Shown: positions 17,978 to 27,685 of the stretch, piece by piece
Layout of the letters: each line of letters starts with the position of its first letter
How positions within the stretch are numbered: position 1 is the first letter of the stretch
IMG/VR virus record: IMGVR_UViG_3300027819_000007
Coordinates: 19,787 to 83,786 of that record
DNA length: 64,000 nucleotides
From: a virus
Taxonomy: Duplodnaviria > Heunggongvirae > Uroviricota > Caudoviricetes
Strand: one strand, 5' to 3'
Program-made: the position numbers and the translations under genes
Notes under the pieces: generated by a model
Told to the model about the DNA's origin: nothing
Database searches by the model: none
Seen by the model: only the letters and a program-made list of their open reading frames with translations

Positions 17978-18370
17978 TTACTCCCAGGTCGCTATGATTC
18001 TTTGGATTGCCAGCACACAATTCTCCGGAGAGAGAATCGTAAGAACGGGAACTCCAGAAGGCATCCGCAAGGTGGAATGGATATCCACCAAATAATCAGC
18101 AGGAGTGGCAAAAATAGGACAAGCAATAACAAGGTGATCCGTGTTCGCCGACACTACTCCCGATAAAGCATTCGATAGTCCAGCCAACGTAATAAAAATC
18201 ACATTGGTTAAAGTGTTCTGGCTCGTTATGATTTCCAAAAGTCTAGCCGTCTCACGATGAGCAGAGCAATAGAAAACTTCGTAAGGAATCTTATTCACCA
18301 ACAATCCATCAACAATCCTCTGTACAACTCCAGTATCGGAAAACGATCCAGCTAGAACCACCACTTTCAT
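17978..18370 (-). CDS. purE: N5-CAIR mutase / AIR carboxylase
   Basis: CSAHR, AGLSNALSGVV, VIACP, STLRMPSGVPV. Confidence 0.9.
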   Translation of the reverse strand: MKVVVLAGSFSDTGVVQRIVDGLLVNKIPYEVFYCSAHRETARLLEIITSQNTLTNVIFITLAGLSNALSGVVSANTDHLVIACPIFATPADYLVDIHSTLRMPSGVPVLTILSPENCVLAIQRIIATWE

Positions 18371-18516
18371 TTCTGACATAACTTCCTCCAACTCCACTTC
18401 TTCTTTTTCAGTCTACATTCTTTGCACGTCTTGAAAGGAGTGACACACTTGATTTCACAACCACATCTGCGGCAAAGTCCAGGATCTTGATAGCCCTTCC
18501 GTGTATCTTTCATCAT
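18367..18516 (-). CDS. Small Cys-rich (Zn-finger) protein
   Basis: Manual translation of 49 aa, CRRCGC...CKEC. Its stop overlaps the purE ATG (ATGA). Confidence 0.45.
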   Translation of the reverse strand: MMKDTRKGYQDPGLCRRCGCEIKCVTPFKTCKECRLKKKKWSWRKLCQK

Positions 18517-18531
18517 GAATCCGTTCTAGAG

Positions 18532-19779
18532 TTACAACTCAATTCCTAATTGCTTGGCTTGGATCTGGGCAACTTTTGACTCTAGGAGAGAATCCAGGCC
18601 GTTGTACACAAGTACACGCCCCAGGTTGGCTTCTTTGAGACGGTTAGGTTCGTTACTTCCTTTTGATCTCATGTAAGGTTTGACATGAGAATCATAATCT
18701 TCCTGACCCAACAACACAAAGGATTGAAACTTGATAGAAGTAATTTCGGCACGGTTGTCCAACACATGGGCCGCCACCATTGTATCCCACACCCAATTTT
18801 TGATTCTCCGTCCAATCCTGGCCAGAGATACTCGTTGCTCGAACTTCATGTTGCTAGCAACCTTACCTACACCACTTGCCAAAAACTCTAAGGAGGCAGG
18901 GATAGCTTCCCCCACCCACGGGTAAGCAATGGTCTTCTTTCCATCTGACAAAGCACACGTAAGGATGGCTGCTTCATCTCGGTCTGGTTTTAACCTATCC
19001 GTCTCAAAGTCAATGGCTACTGGAACAAGAGAAGTATTAAACTCCCTTACCTTGCTAGCAGCTATATTGGGGTCCAGGATAACGTCCACTCCCTTGTCCC
19101 AATGGGGAACAGTCTTCCAAGGTCTTCCTTGCAATTCAGCTACCTTAGCAATCCGTTTGCGATACAACATCTCTCGTAAGGCTTGTTGCCGTTGGAGGAA
19201 GTGACCATCCTCTTCTTGTGCATCCTTTCCTCTTACCACATAAGAGGGATGCCACAGAGGACATATCCAGGCATTGAGTTTTTGACAAGGAATGGTCCAT
19301 CCTTCCCAACGGGAAATACTTCCTAGGTCATCTTTCCACAACCAAGAGAGAACACTACTTACTGCCTTGCTGCCCAGAAGGAGAATGATTTCCGGATCTA
19401 GATCTTGGATAACCTTGATCACATTGGGACGACAGTAGGAGATTTCCTTATCGGTAGGAGGTCGGTTCTTCCCATCCTTATCATGTGGCCAACAAATAAG
19501 AGAGTTGGTCATCCAACAATCTTCTCGTAAATCAATTCCTACCTTGAGGAATTCGTCCCGAAAGTATCGTCCCGTTTTCCCGACAAAGGGTTTACCTTCC
19601 TTGTCCTCATTTCGTCCAGGAGCTTCTCCGATTACGAGAATCCTCCTCTTACCCCTACCATCTACCGGCATCTTGGGAGAGGAGCAATGTTGGTACAAGC
19701 CACAGGAACCACAACGAGGAACGAGAGAGGGAGGAGCTTTGGTGGGAATTACATCAAGAATATCAAAGAAGCCAGCCAT
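18532..19779 (-). CDS. Family 4 uracil-DNA glycosylase fused to a PolA-type 3'-5' exonuclease
   Basis: C..C.L, IGEAPG..ED..G.PFVG, HPSY; then AIDFET (ExoI), NMKFE (ExoII), DTM, YNGLD (ExoIII). Confidence 0.85.
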   Translation of the reverse strand: MAGFFDILDVIPTKAPPSLVPRCGSCGLYQHCSSPKMPVDGRGKRRILVIGEAPGRNEDKEGKPFVGKTGRYFRDEFLKVGIDLREDCWMTNSLICWPHDKDGKNRPPTDKEISYCRPNVIKVIQDLDPEIILLLGSKAVSSVLSWLWKDDLGSISRWEGWTIPCQKLNAWICPLWHPSYVVRGKDAQEEDGHFLQRQQALREMLYRKRIAKVAELQGRPWKTVPHWDKGVDVILDPNIAASKVREFNTSLVPVAIDFETDRLKPDRDEAAILTCALSDGKKTIAYPWVGEAIPASLEFLASGVGKVASNMKFEQRVSLARIGRRIKNWVWDTMVAAHVLDNRAEITSIKFQSFVLLGQEDYDSHVKPYMRSKGSNEPNRLKEANLGRVLVYNGLDSLLESKVAQIQAKQLGIEL

Positions 19780-19782
19780 AGC

Positions 19783-20097
19783 TCAGAACTCATTCATAAG
19801 ATCAAGTAACAATCGCCAAATCTGCTCGGTTACTCTTACTTTGGGAGAACGCAATTTCGTTAAAATTCTTTTGTCAGTGTACCCAGATTCTTCCAAAGCA
19901 TCTGCTAACATCTGCATGCCAGTTCTGGCATCTTCTTGGATTGAGGAATCGTCTCTCCGTAATCCCAACTCCCAAATTCTAGAAGCCAGATTACGAATGT
20001 TTTGATTGTCTTTACCAAACTTTCTTCTGTATTCGCGTTCCTCTTCAGAGGGGATTTTGGCTTTGTATTTTATCCTAAGCGACTTTATCTTGTCCAT
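19783..20097 (-). CDS. IKSLRxKY-family protein with LADALEESG motif
   Basis: Starts MDKIKSLRIKYKAK. Confidence 0.6.
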   Translation of the reverse strand: MDKIKSLRIKYKAKIPSEEEREYRRKFGKDNQNIRNLASRIWELGLRRDDSSIQEDARTGMQMLADALEESGYTDKRILTKLRSPKVRVTEQIWRLLLDLMNEF

Positions 20098-20098
20098 C

Positions 20099-20266
20099 TC
20101 ATCCTCCCTTGGTTTCTTGGTCAATCAAAAACTGATCCACTTCATTATAATCATCTAACGACAAGTACAACCACTCTTCCACTTCCTGTCCTTGGAGGAA
20201 TTGACTTCCTTCACATCCATCATCCCACAAGGAAGAGATAAGGACTTTCCACTGTTCTAGTTTCAT
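20099..20266 (-). CDS. Small acidic hypothetical protein
   Basis: Manual translation of 55 aa (MKLEQWKVLISSLWDD...); fills the gap between genes. Confidence 0.4.
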   Translation of the reverse strand: MKLEQWKVLISSLWDDGCEGSQFLQGQEVEEWLYLSLDDYNEVDQFLIDQETKGG

Positions 20267-20284
20267 GGAGATACTTCCATTCCA

Positions 20285-21292
20285 TCACTTCACCAAGTAC
20301 ACCACATAGGTGTAGCTGTCATAGTGCATTTGCAACTTCTGGGAAGTAATGGTACATTCCGAAGGTTCCTTCAAAATGGACTGTAAAATCGAAGGATGGA
20401 TAAAGAACTTCAAAGGAGGACCGTCGTATTTTACCCTCTTGGGGACAATATGTCTGCCAGAAATCCCTTCACCCGTCAAGGTTAATTTTCCTGGAATAAG
20501 TTCCACCTTGACTCTATTAGATTCTTGTTGTTCCGAAGAGAAAATCTTTGCCACTTCCGCAGCTTGATCCAACGAACGAGGAAACTGGATTAAAGTACCT
20601 TCTCGTTGCACTGCCTTGGAAAGATCAGGATACGCTTGTTGATACCGACAACAAGACAGGATTATCCCTGCTTCATTCCGAAAATGGATCCAATGATTAG
20701 CTTCGGAGAACTCCGTGAAGGAAAGAGTAGGAAAACTCTTCAACGAAGAATTCCGGATCAACACAGACTTCTCTAAGGGTAAGTCCATCCCATACCGACA
20801 AATCTGATAGTTGTCAAAACCTTCCACCCAATGAGGATGGAAATGGATACAAGTGGTCTCGAATACGGTTGCATCCGGATTGACGCAACTTTGGACCTTT
20901 TCAATTGCTAGATCAAATTCTTTAGGAAGAGATTTCCACTCCTGGAAAGTAGGGAACGTAGGAACGGCACTACTTAACTTCCCTGACAACAAGGTTGTTT
21001 CCCCTTGCTTTTCTGCCCGCAGGATAAGGTTTTCCTGTTCGGTTGTAACCGATACCTCTTCTCCTTGGAGCTTCCGCAACACTTCCAATAGAGGGTTAGC
21101 CCGAACCGATCCTTCGAACACTCCTCGCAACGGATTAGCGACCCTACAAACGACCTCCCCATTGAAGGTCACAATCTCCTGAGAAGTAAAATGGAAACAA
21201 TGGCTAGATTCGGTCGTTTCCTTGTGGGGGGAAGTCAACCCAGGAGACAAGGACTCCAATAGACGCAACAAAGGTTGTATCTTGATCTGCAT
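20285..21292 (-). CDS. DNA polymerase III beta-like sliding clamp
   Basis: About 335 aa with beta-clamp-like patterns (YPDL..., LTLTGEG...). A clamp loader lies nearby. Confidence 0.65.
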   Translation of the reverse strand: MQIKIQPLLRLLESLSPGLTSPHKETTESSHCFHFTSQEIVTFNGEVVCRVANPLRGVFEGSVRANPLLEVLRKLQGEEVSVTTEQENLILRAEKQGETTLLSGKLSSAVPTFPTFQEWKSLPKEFDLAIEKVQSCVNPDATVFETTCIHFHPHWVEGFDNYQICRYGMDLPLEKSVLIRNSSLKSFPTLSFTEFSEANHWIHFRNEAGIILSCCRYQQAYPDLSKAVQREGTLIQFPRSLDQAAEVAKIFSSEQQESNRVKVELIPGKLTLTGEGISGRHIVPKRVKYDGPPLKFFIHPSILQSILKEPSECTITSQKLQMHYDSYTYVVYLVK

Positions 21293-21296
21293 AGGA

Positions 21297-21980
21297 TCAG
21301 CACGGTTCTTGAACAGGAAGAAAGGGATAACTACAAACACCATTGAGGAATTGGAATTTCCTCAACTTACTAACAACTGGAGGAGATTCATCTTCTAACG
21401 GAAGAACTGCCAAAGCACCTAACAAGGTTCCTTCCATGAAACCATCCCTCTCCAAAAGGACAACGGGTTTCTTTCGTCCCGTCTTGCCTCCTGCAAAATA
21501 CCACTGAGCATTTGGATGTCTATCTTGTAGAGTAACGAACTGCCGGGCTTCTACGAATCTTCTTTCTTCTTCACTTGACAAGAAGACAAGATGAGGACTA
21601 TTGTCTCCTCCAACATACTTTGCCTGGGAGATTGCCTCCCCCACATACAAGGGGAGAATTTCCCTCAAATCAACAGGAAGGCACGAAGCATAACCCCGAT
21701 CTGCTGCGATAGTATCCCAATGTAGTTGCTCTACTCGATCTCGTTCTGTGGGAGTTAAACGACTTAACAGTTGACCATCCGTCATGTAACCTGTTTCGAA
21801 GATCGTTTTGAAAATTCGATGACGAAGACTTTCCGGAATGGAAAGTAACTGTTTCAACAAACCCTCGAAGGAAAGTACCTTCTTGGGTATATTTCCGGAA
21901 ACTCTCATAGAAATAGTATTAGGACCGAGGGTATTGTCGATCAACCCATCGAGGAGCATTGGGAACAATATCACTGGCAA
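21297..21980 (-). CDS. Hypothetical protein
   Basis: 227-aa ORF within the operon. Confidence 0.5.
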   Translation of the reverse strand: MPVILFPMLLDGLIDNTLGPNTISMRVSGNIPKKVLSFEGLLKQLLSIPESLRHRIFKTIFETGYMTDGQLLSRLTPTERDRVEQLHWDTIAADRGYASCLPVDLREILPLYVGEAISQAKYVGGDNSPHLVFLSSEEERRFVEARQFVTLQDRHPNAQWYFAGGKTGRKKPVVLLERDGFMEGTLLGALAVLPLEDESPPVVSKLRKFQFLNGVCSYPFLPVQEPC

Positions 21981-22635
21981 TCCTCCCAGAATGCCACTTG
22001 CCTCTCAAACCTGATAAAACTTCCCACACCATGCGAGATTCTCTAGCATTAGTAGGTTTACTTCGCAATCTGGATAGAATTCTCTGATCTACACCATATT
22101 CCTCTAATACATCCGCTAAAACAAGAAGAGTATCCCCAAATTCCTTCTCCGCAAATATTTGGTCAATCAACTGGAGGACTCTTCCTTGATCCCTTTCGCG
22201 GACTGAATTGTCAATCGTTGGTCTATCCTCATGCCACTTTTGCCAATCTTCTTGAGTTACTCCTTCCCCACTAGGATGTGGTTCCACCACAAAGCTTCCC
22301 ATCGGTCTTAGACCAGAAGAAGTACCAATAATGCTTACTCCACGAGTAGTCCTTCCTTGCCACACTACCTCAATTCCAGAATCCAATTCTTGTAATGCAG
22401 TACGGAGTTCTTGGAGTAGTTCTTCAGTGAAGAATGGTTCCCCATCCTCTGTGAGTCTTTCACTGGCTCGAACATAGGTAAGGACAGGTCTACCGTCCGA
22501 TTTGTGAGCTTGTACTTTGGGTAGGAAACCAACCACTTCCTTGCACACCTTCTTGATTGCTTCCATCTCCTCGCTCGGAGTCATCCCCTGGGTCTTCTTG
22601 CGATACTTCATTCGCAAAGATTTGATGTCTTTCAT
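21919..22635 (-). CDS. IKSLRxKY-family protein with LADVLEEYG motif
   Basis: Starts MKDIKSLRMKYRKK. Confidence 0.6.
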   Translation of the reverse strand: MKDIKSLRMKYRKKTQGMTPSEEMEAIKKVCKEVVGFLPKVQAHKSDGRPVLTYVRASERLTEDGEPFFTEELLQELRTALQELDSGIEVVWQGRTTRGVSIIGTSSGLRPMGSFVVEPHPSGEGVTQEDWQKWHEDRPTIDNSVRERDQGRVLQLIDQIFAEKEFGDTLLVLADVLEEYGVDQRILSRLRSKPTNARESRMVWEVLSGLRGKWHSGRIASDIVPNAPRWVDRQYPRS

Positions 22636-22639
22636 AGCC

Positions 22640-23692
22640 TTAACTCCCTCCTGCATACAAGGCACGCAGTGTTCCCTCATTCTCCCGTGCCCACCGTAGA
22701 ATATCTTCCACTCCTTGTCTTACACTGATCGTCGGAGACCAACCGAATCGTTCCTTCACCTTGCGAATATCACTCACATAAATCCGATGGTCGGCTCGAC
22801 GAACTGCTTCACTGACGGTATAAGTCATCGGAGAACCAATAAGTTCTTCCACCAACTTCACTAATTCCAACGGGGAAGACTGGAATCCCACAGAAGGACC
22901 ACCCCCCACATTGAATACTTGTCCCTTGGCAGAACTCATCTGTTGGAGTTGTTTTTCCACCAGGAGGGCAAGGTCATCCACAAACAAGACATCACGCAGT
23001 TGACATCCTTGCCATCCAAACAACTCTACCGGAAGATTGAACAAGCCTGCAATGACGAACCAAGCTACCCATCCCTGTTCCGGCTTCCCCCATTGGTATT
23101 TTCCTGCCAAGCAAGAGCAGCGATTGATCCACACGGGAAGGTTAAAAGCACTGGCGTACTCTTGGCACAGTAAATCACCCGCCACCTTACTTACTCCATA
23201 GACGGACTTGTCTCCCCCATCCAAAGGGAAATCCTCATTGAGTCCATAGGTACGGTGGGGTTCCGTCCACCACTGCCATCGATCTCCTTTTCGCTCGGAC
23301 TCTACCTTGTTAACCTTATCCCCACTGTAGACCTTGTTGGTAGACCAAAAGACTACTCCTAGTCCACATTGTCTGGCTAACTCCAAGACGTGAAATGTTC
23401 CCAAGATGTTGTGTTGGAAATCTGCTTCTGGATCAGCATCGCCGGCAATGGCGGAAGGTTGAGCCGCACAGTCCAGGATTACCTCACAATTCCGTAGTTG
23501 GAATACATCTCCCTTGAGTCGCACATCCCCTCGCAAGAATGGAATTCCCATCCTCCGCAAAGAAGGAATATTGGTCTCGCTCCCTGCACGGACCAAAGAA
23601 TCCAACACGGTTACGGAATGACCTCGTTGACGAAAATACCTCGCCAAGTTGTATCCCACGAAACCACAACCACCTGTAATTCCAATCTTCAT
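22640..23692 (-). CDS. NAD-dependent sugar epimerase/dehydratase (CDP-paratose/tyvelose epimerase-like)
   Basis: ITGGCGFVG, STNKVY, YGVSK (YxxxK), GKPEQGWVAWF, QLRDVLFVDD. Confidence 0.9.
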   Translation of the reverse strand: MKIGITGGCGFVGYNLARYFRQRGHSVTVLDSLVRAGSETNIPSLRRMGIPFLRGDVRLKGDVFQLRNCEVILDCAAQPSAIAGDADPEADFQHNILGTFHVLELARQCGLGVVFWSTNKVYSGDKVNKVESERKGDRWQWWTEPHRTYGLNEDFPLDGGDKSVYGVSKVAGDLLCQEYASAFNLPVWINRCSCLAGKYQWGKPEQGWVAWFVIAGLFNLPVELFGWQGCQLRDVLFVDDLALLVEKQLQQMSSAKGQVFNVGGGPSVGFQSSPLELVKLVEELIGSPMTYTVSEAVRRADHRIYVSDIRKVKERFGWSPTISVRQGVEDILRWARENEGTLRALYAGGS

Positions 23693-23700
23693 GGATTCCC

Positions 23701-24300
23701 CTAAATGTGCAACAAGTTCTTGGTCGCTTTCAGAACCTTGGAAGGAGCATTCTGCAACACGGTGAACCAATCTTCCTGATGGACGGGCTGGAGTCGTTCT
23801 CGTAAGAACCAATAGCGATAAGCCCATCCTTTACGCAAGAAGTCTGGATTGAGAACAAACAGTCTTGTAGTCTCCGCAAAGGACTCCTCGATATTAGGCT
23901 CATAACCACTCACAGCACGAGTCTCTTTAATTGCTTCCTTCCACTCCTTGAGAGAGTTGCGTAACTTCAGTACATACCACAAGTGGTGTCCCAACTCATG
24001 ACAAACTACTCCTGCCGGAGTACGATCTGCTTTATAGCCTGGGAAAGACCAACTCCGCCAATTGTCTTGAGTGGGTCGAGAACAACGAGCAATATCAATG
24101 GCAACATAGGAAGGACGGTAGTAGGCACAACAATGCAATTTTGGAATGTATGGATCATTGAGTCGCAAGGAAGGTGTAGAGAGGTTATTCTTTGAACAGA
24201 AATGTTGAACTTCTTCCCATCCTTGCCGCAGGAGAACTTCTCGCGTGGAATCAATAGTTGCTTGGATCATGGTTGAACTCCAGAAGCAAGTTGAGAACAA
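23701..24300 (-). CDS. Zincin-like (HExxH) protein
   Basis: VVCHELGHH and a downstream EESFAE. Confidence 0.55.
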   Translation of the reverse strand: MFSTCFWSSTMIQATIDSTREVLLRQGWEEVQHFCSKNNLSTPSLRLNDPYIPKLHCCAYYRPSYVAIDIARCSRPTQDNWRSWSFPGYKADRTPAGVVCHELGHHLWYVLKLRNSLKEWKEAIKETRAVSGYEPNIEESFAETTRLFVLNPDFLRKGWAYRYWFLRERLQPVHQEDWFTVLQNAPSKVLKATKNLLHI

Positions 24301-24899
24301 AATTTGCGAACACTTTTGTAGGTATACACATAATGTGTCTTTTCCCGCATTCTATCCAACATCACAACATTCGTGTAACCAGATTCCTCCAAGGCATCCG
24401 AGAGAACTCCCAAAGTATCCCACAATTTTACCATCAACGCCTCTAAACCAATTTCCTTCCTCCGTTTCATGTAGTCTTCGTAAAGACCACCACGAGGTAC
24501 TTCCTTTTCTTTCTGATCCATCTCGGACCACAACTCCAAACACTGAGTTGCCAATTCGGGAATGTTATTCTTGGAAGCCAAATCTTGAGTAGTCGTCTGA
24601 GAAAGCGGCACCCAAACATTCACCATACTTCCTCTGTAACTTTGGACATCACTTGCCCCTAACCGAATTGCCTCTTTTCGGATATTGTTGAAATCTTCAT
24701 CACCAATCGTACTGTAAAAGTCCCATTTCATTTTCACTGCATGGGTAGAAACATCCGTAAAGGCAGGTGTATGACCAATGAACTCTGTCAAACCTCGACG
24801 AACCTTGGCCACTAAAGGACCATAGTCCGTGTCCCACTTAGAGGCACGAATCTTTGCCTTGTACTTGGCTCGCAGAGATTTGATCTTTTCAGAGTCCAC
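24267..24899 (-). CDS. IKSLRxKY-family protein with LSDALEESG motif
   Basis: Starts MDSEKIKSLRAKYKAK. Confidence 0.6.
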   Translation of the reverse strand: MDSEKIKSLRAKYKAKIRASKWDTDYGPLVAKVRRGLTEFIGHTPAFTDVSTHAVKMKWDFYSTIGDEDFNNIRKEAIRLGASDVQSYRGSMVNVWVPLSQTTTQDLASKNNIPELATQCLELWSEMDQKEKEVPRGGLYEDYMKRRKEIGLEALMVKLWDTLGVLSDALEESGYTNVVMLDRMREKTHYVYTYKSVRKFCSQLASGVQP

Positions 24900-26138
24900 C
24901 TAGTTCTCCAAAAAATATTGTTGGAACAACTTGTAAGGATCACACTTCTCCTGTAACCATTCCGTAGCACGGTTACTTACCTTATCAAGTTCAGTATTAC
25001 GTTCCAACCACTTACGAATTTGTCCCGCAAAGTCTCCCTTAGCAATGTCCAACAAGCCTACTGCTTCTTTGGGAATGACGCTATGGGGAGCTACGGTCGA
25101 GTCCATCTTGAGGACCACTGTGCCCATACACATCGCTTCCAACGTAGCACACTGATAATTGCCCACATAGGAATTAGGTACTTGCTTCTTCTTGCTCACT
25201 CCCGTCAAATCAGGAACACATTGATGTTCCTGATAAGAAGCTAACACTTCTGCCGAAGGACGGAATCCTAGTAGTTCTAAACATCCTTGCGGATTCCTTT
25301 GGGTAGGATTGTGAACATCACTGCTGACATATTTCTTGTATTCTGGAGTTCGAGCAAAACCCGCATACTCAAAACCTGCTCCACTGGCGAACATCTTGAT
25401 CCTCTCCCCTTCCGCCACCAAGGAAGGAGCCATCTCCAAGAACATCTCGATATTCTTCCATCCTCGCCATTGATGGGGCCAGAATATCTTTTTCTTCCTT
25501 TGCGAAGGGGGAGTGTTCTTGCCCACATAAGGCCACGTATCCAATGGAGCAATGGGAACTACTTCCACAGGGACGTAAGGGTCTAAGGTCGCAGCATAGG
25601 CATCTGCAAAGGACAATACCTTGTGGAACTTGGACAAATACTTCTTGATCCAAGGATACAAGTCATCCACGTAACGATCGGTAGCAAAAGCAATATCCTT
25701 CCCCGGTAGAGCGGTAAGGATATTGGAGTAGAAGGACTGCTCCCCGCTTTGCTCCTCCTTGAGATGTGGAGCAACACCAATCCAGATTCGCACATCGAAC
25801 TGGGACAGATACTCCATCGAATGAGCGACACACGTGGGATGAGTCGAAAGCAAACAATCCTTGAGTTCCAACTCTTTGCCATTCTTGGTGGGACCAAAAG
25901 AAGCAGTGAATTTATTCAGAGGATGAACTCGAATTTTCTTGGCAGAAGTGAAACCAATGATCTTGGAAGGAATTCCTTGCTGGTGAGCAAGTCTTGCAAA
26001 GTCATATGCTTGGGTTCCTATTCCCCCCAGAAGATGATCAATGAAAACCAAAGTGGCAACTTTACTTGCCATGAAGTGGATCCCCTTTCTTCCGATTCTT
26101 GGCTCGATCTCGTTCTTCGGAAGCACTACCACACTCAA
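24900..26138 (-). CDS. GT-B fold glycosyltransferase
   Basis: GGIGT near the N-terminus, WKNIEMF, ATLEAMCMGTVVL. Confidence 0.7.
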   Translation of the reverse strand: MSVVVLPKNEIEPRIGRKGIHFMASKVATLVFIDHLLGGIGTQAYDFARLAHQQGIPSKIIGFTSAKKIRVHPLNKFTASFGPTKNGKELELKDCLLSTHPTCVAHSMEYLSQFDVRIWIGVAPHLKEEQSGEQSFYSNILTALPGKDIAFATDRYVDDLYPWIKKYLSKFHKVLSFADAYAATLDPYVPVEVVPIAPLDTWPYVGKNTPPSQRKKKIFWPHQWRGWKNIEMFLEMAPSLVAEGERIKMFASGAGFEYAGFARTPEYKKYVSSDVHNPTQRNPQGCLELLGFRPSAEVLASYQEHQCVPDLTGVSKKKQVPNSYVGNYQCATLEAMCMGTVVLKMDSTVAPHSVIPKEAVGLLDIAKGDFAGQIRKWLERNTELDKVSNRATEWLQEKCDPYKLFQQYFLEN

Positions 26139-27003
26139 TCATATTCTCGCGATAGTACATCACGAGACTTAGTCGCTCATAGGCACCCTTCACTCCTACC
26201 AAAGCAGTATTACCGTGCCAACAGTGAACGTCTGCCAATATGAGATCTCGTGTATGGAGGTCTACCGCAACTCGATACTGTGGGAATACCAAGTATCCAC
26301 CGTGATACTTTCCGGCACGGAAGGCACACATCACTCCAAAACCTTCCTTGAGATCTCCCACATCCTGATGAACTGCAGTTTGCCAGTTTCGATTGATGGT
26401 AATGGTAGTGAAACACGTATCGTGTATCACGAAATCTTGGGAAGTGGCACGAACTTTCTCCATCTGAGCTTGCCACCGTTCCGGTAGTTCCTGACGGAAT
26501 ACTTCACTAGCTTTTTGGAACAGGGGCAGTGCCTTGGCAAACTTTTCGGGATGGTTGAGATTGAAAGCCGTGGTACGACAATAAGGAAAACGGGAAACTC
26601 GATCATAGTAACCAATGATGCCGCTCGGAACATTCACCAAGGCATAGTTGGTATTGCTTAATGTTCCGTCTTCCTTGATGGGTTTCACACGAACTTGAGA
26701 ACCGGGTTGGCTAGGAAGAACTGGACGATTCCCCCTCTTGGTGACGGGAACAATTCCTGCGGCAATACCTCTGTTCCCTGCACTGGTAGCAGCCTTCCTT
26801 AATGCTGGCCATGCCTCTTTGCAAGCCGAAGCAGGAAGAACTCCTGTCCGCAAGAAGAGGAGGGGTTCCCCATTGGGTTTATACACATTGACATCCTCCT
26901 GTTGCAAGAGGATGTCATAGTGAGAATCGTTCAGAAAGGTGGCCATCAACGCATCGGCTTCTTCATCGGGAAGACTTTGCGTGAGACGGATTTCCCTTAC
27001 CAT
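26062..27003 (-). CDS. TET/JBP-family 2OG-Fe(II) dioxygenase
   Basis: HQD (HxD), GGYLVFPQY, DVHCWHGNT, ERLSLVMYYRE. Confidence 0.85.
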   Translation of the reverse strand: MVREIRLTQSLPDEEADALMATFLNDSHYDILLQQEDVNVYKPNGEPLLFLRTGVLPASACKEAWPALRKAATSAGNRGIAAGIVPVTKRGNRPVLPSQPGSQVRVKPIKEDGTLSNTNYALVNVPSGIIGYYDRVSRFPYCRTTAFNLNHPEKFAKALPLFQKASEVFRQELPERWQAQMEKVRATSQDFVIHDTCFTTITINRNWQTAVHQDVGDLKEGFGVMCAFRAGKYHGGYLVFPQYRVAVDLHTRDLILADVHCWHGNTALVGVKGAYERLSLVMYYRENMIECGSASEERDRAKNRKKGDPLHGK

Positions 27004-27667
27004 TCGTTGCTTCTTTCTTTTGACAATGTTTCCGTAACGAAGTCATCACTGTATCTGTGAAGTTTTCGGTCCCCCATAGTTCCGCCAGGACAGACATCAT
27101 CTCCTCAAACTCTGGAAGAGTAGTCGTATCCAAGAATAGTTGTACCATTCTTACATGACTGGGTTCAACGGTGTAATCCGTACTAAGAACTTCTTCCCCA
27201 TCCTCTTCCACTTCCAACGACAGAGAACTTGGATCCAACTTGACTTCGTTCTCTTCCATCAAGTGGGAAAACAAGGAAGCCAAGGCACCATTCCTGGTTT
27301 CCACTTCTTGCAATAGTTTGCCCAAAAGTTGTTGGTCTGTTTCCGCCAGGGCACCAATTGGATCGTAACAGGCAAGAAGTTTCTTAGCCTCCTCCTCGTC
27401 CAGATCCACCACCAACACCGGAACTTTCTGTTCGGGAGGATACTCCTCTTTTCGCAAGTGTCCATCGATGAGGATGTAATCCCCCTCATCATTCTGACGA
27501 GCGATCTGGACCCCTGCAATCCCCACTTCGCCCAAGATTCCTCGCAGGACTTGCTTCTGCTTGTCGGGATGAACTCGCCAATTCCATGGAGAAGGAATTA
27601 ACTTCCCTGCTTTGACTCGAATTAGTTTCACTACCCGATCACGGAGTTCCATCGCTGATTCTCCCAA
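26963..27667 (-). CDS. ParB/Srx-like domain protein
   Basis: LIPSPWNWRVHP...ILIDGHLRKE. Confidence 0.8.
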   Translation of the reverse strand: MGESAMELRDRVVKLIRVKAGKLIPSPWNWRVHPDKQKQVLRGILGEVGIAGVQIARQNDEGDYILIDGHLRKEEYPPEQKVPVLVVDLDEEEAKKLLACYDPIGALAETDQQLLGKLLQEVETRNGALASLFSHLMEENEVKLDPSSLSLEVEEDGEEVLSTDYTVEPSHVRMVQLFLDTTTLPEFEEMMSVLAELWGTENFTDTVMTSLRKHCQKKEATNGKGNPSHAKSSR

Positions 27668-27685
27668 TCCAATGGTCAGTAAATC

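Noticed and set aside
12442-19779. Intron- or intein-mediated rejoining of the split polymerase
   Set aside because: No intein blocks at the ORF ends and no intron-like noncoding sequence; the interval is filled with intact metabolic genes.
20130-20284. Possible further array (CACTTC/TCCATC-like words)
   Set aside because: No 18/36-nt periodicity; explained by a small minus-strand ORF (20099-20266).
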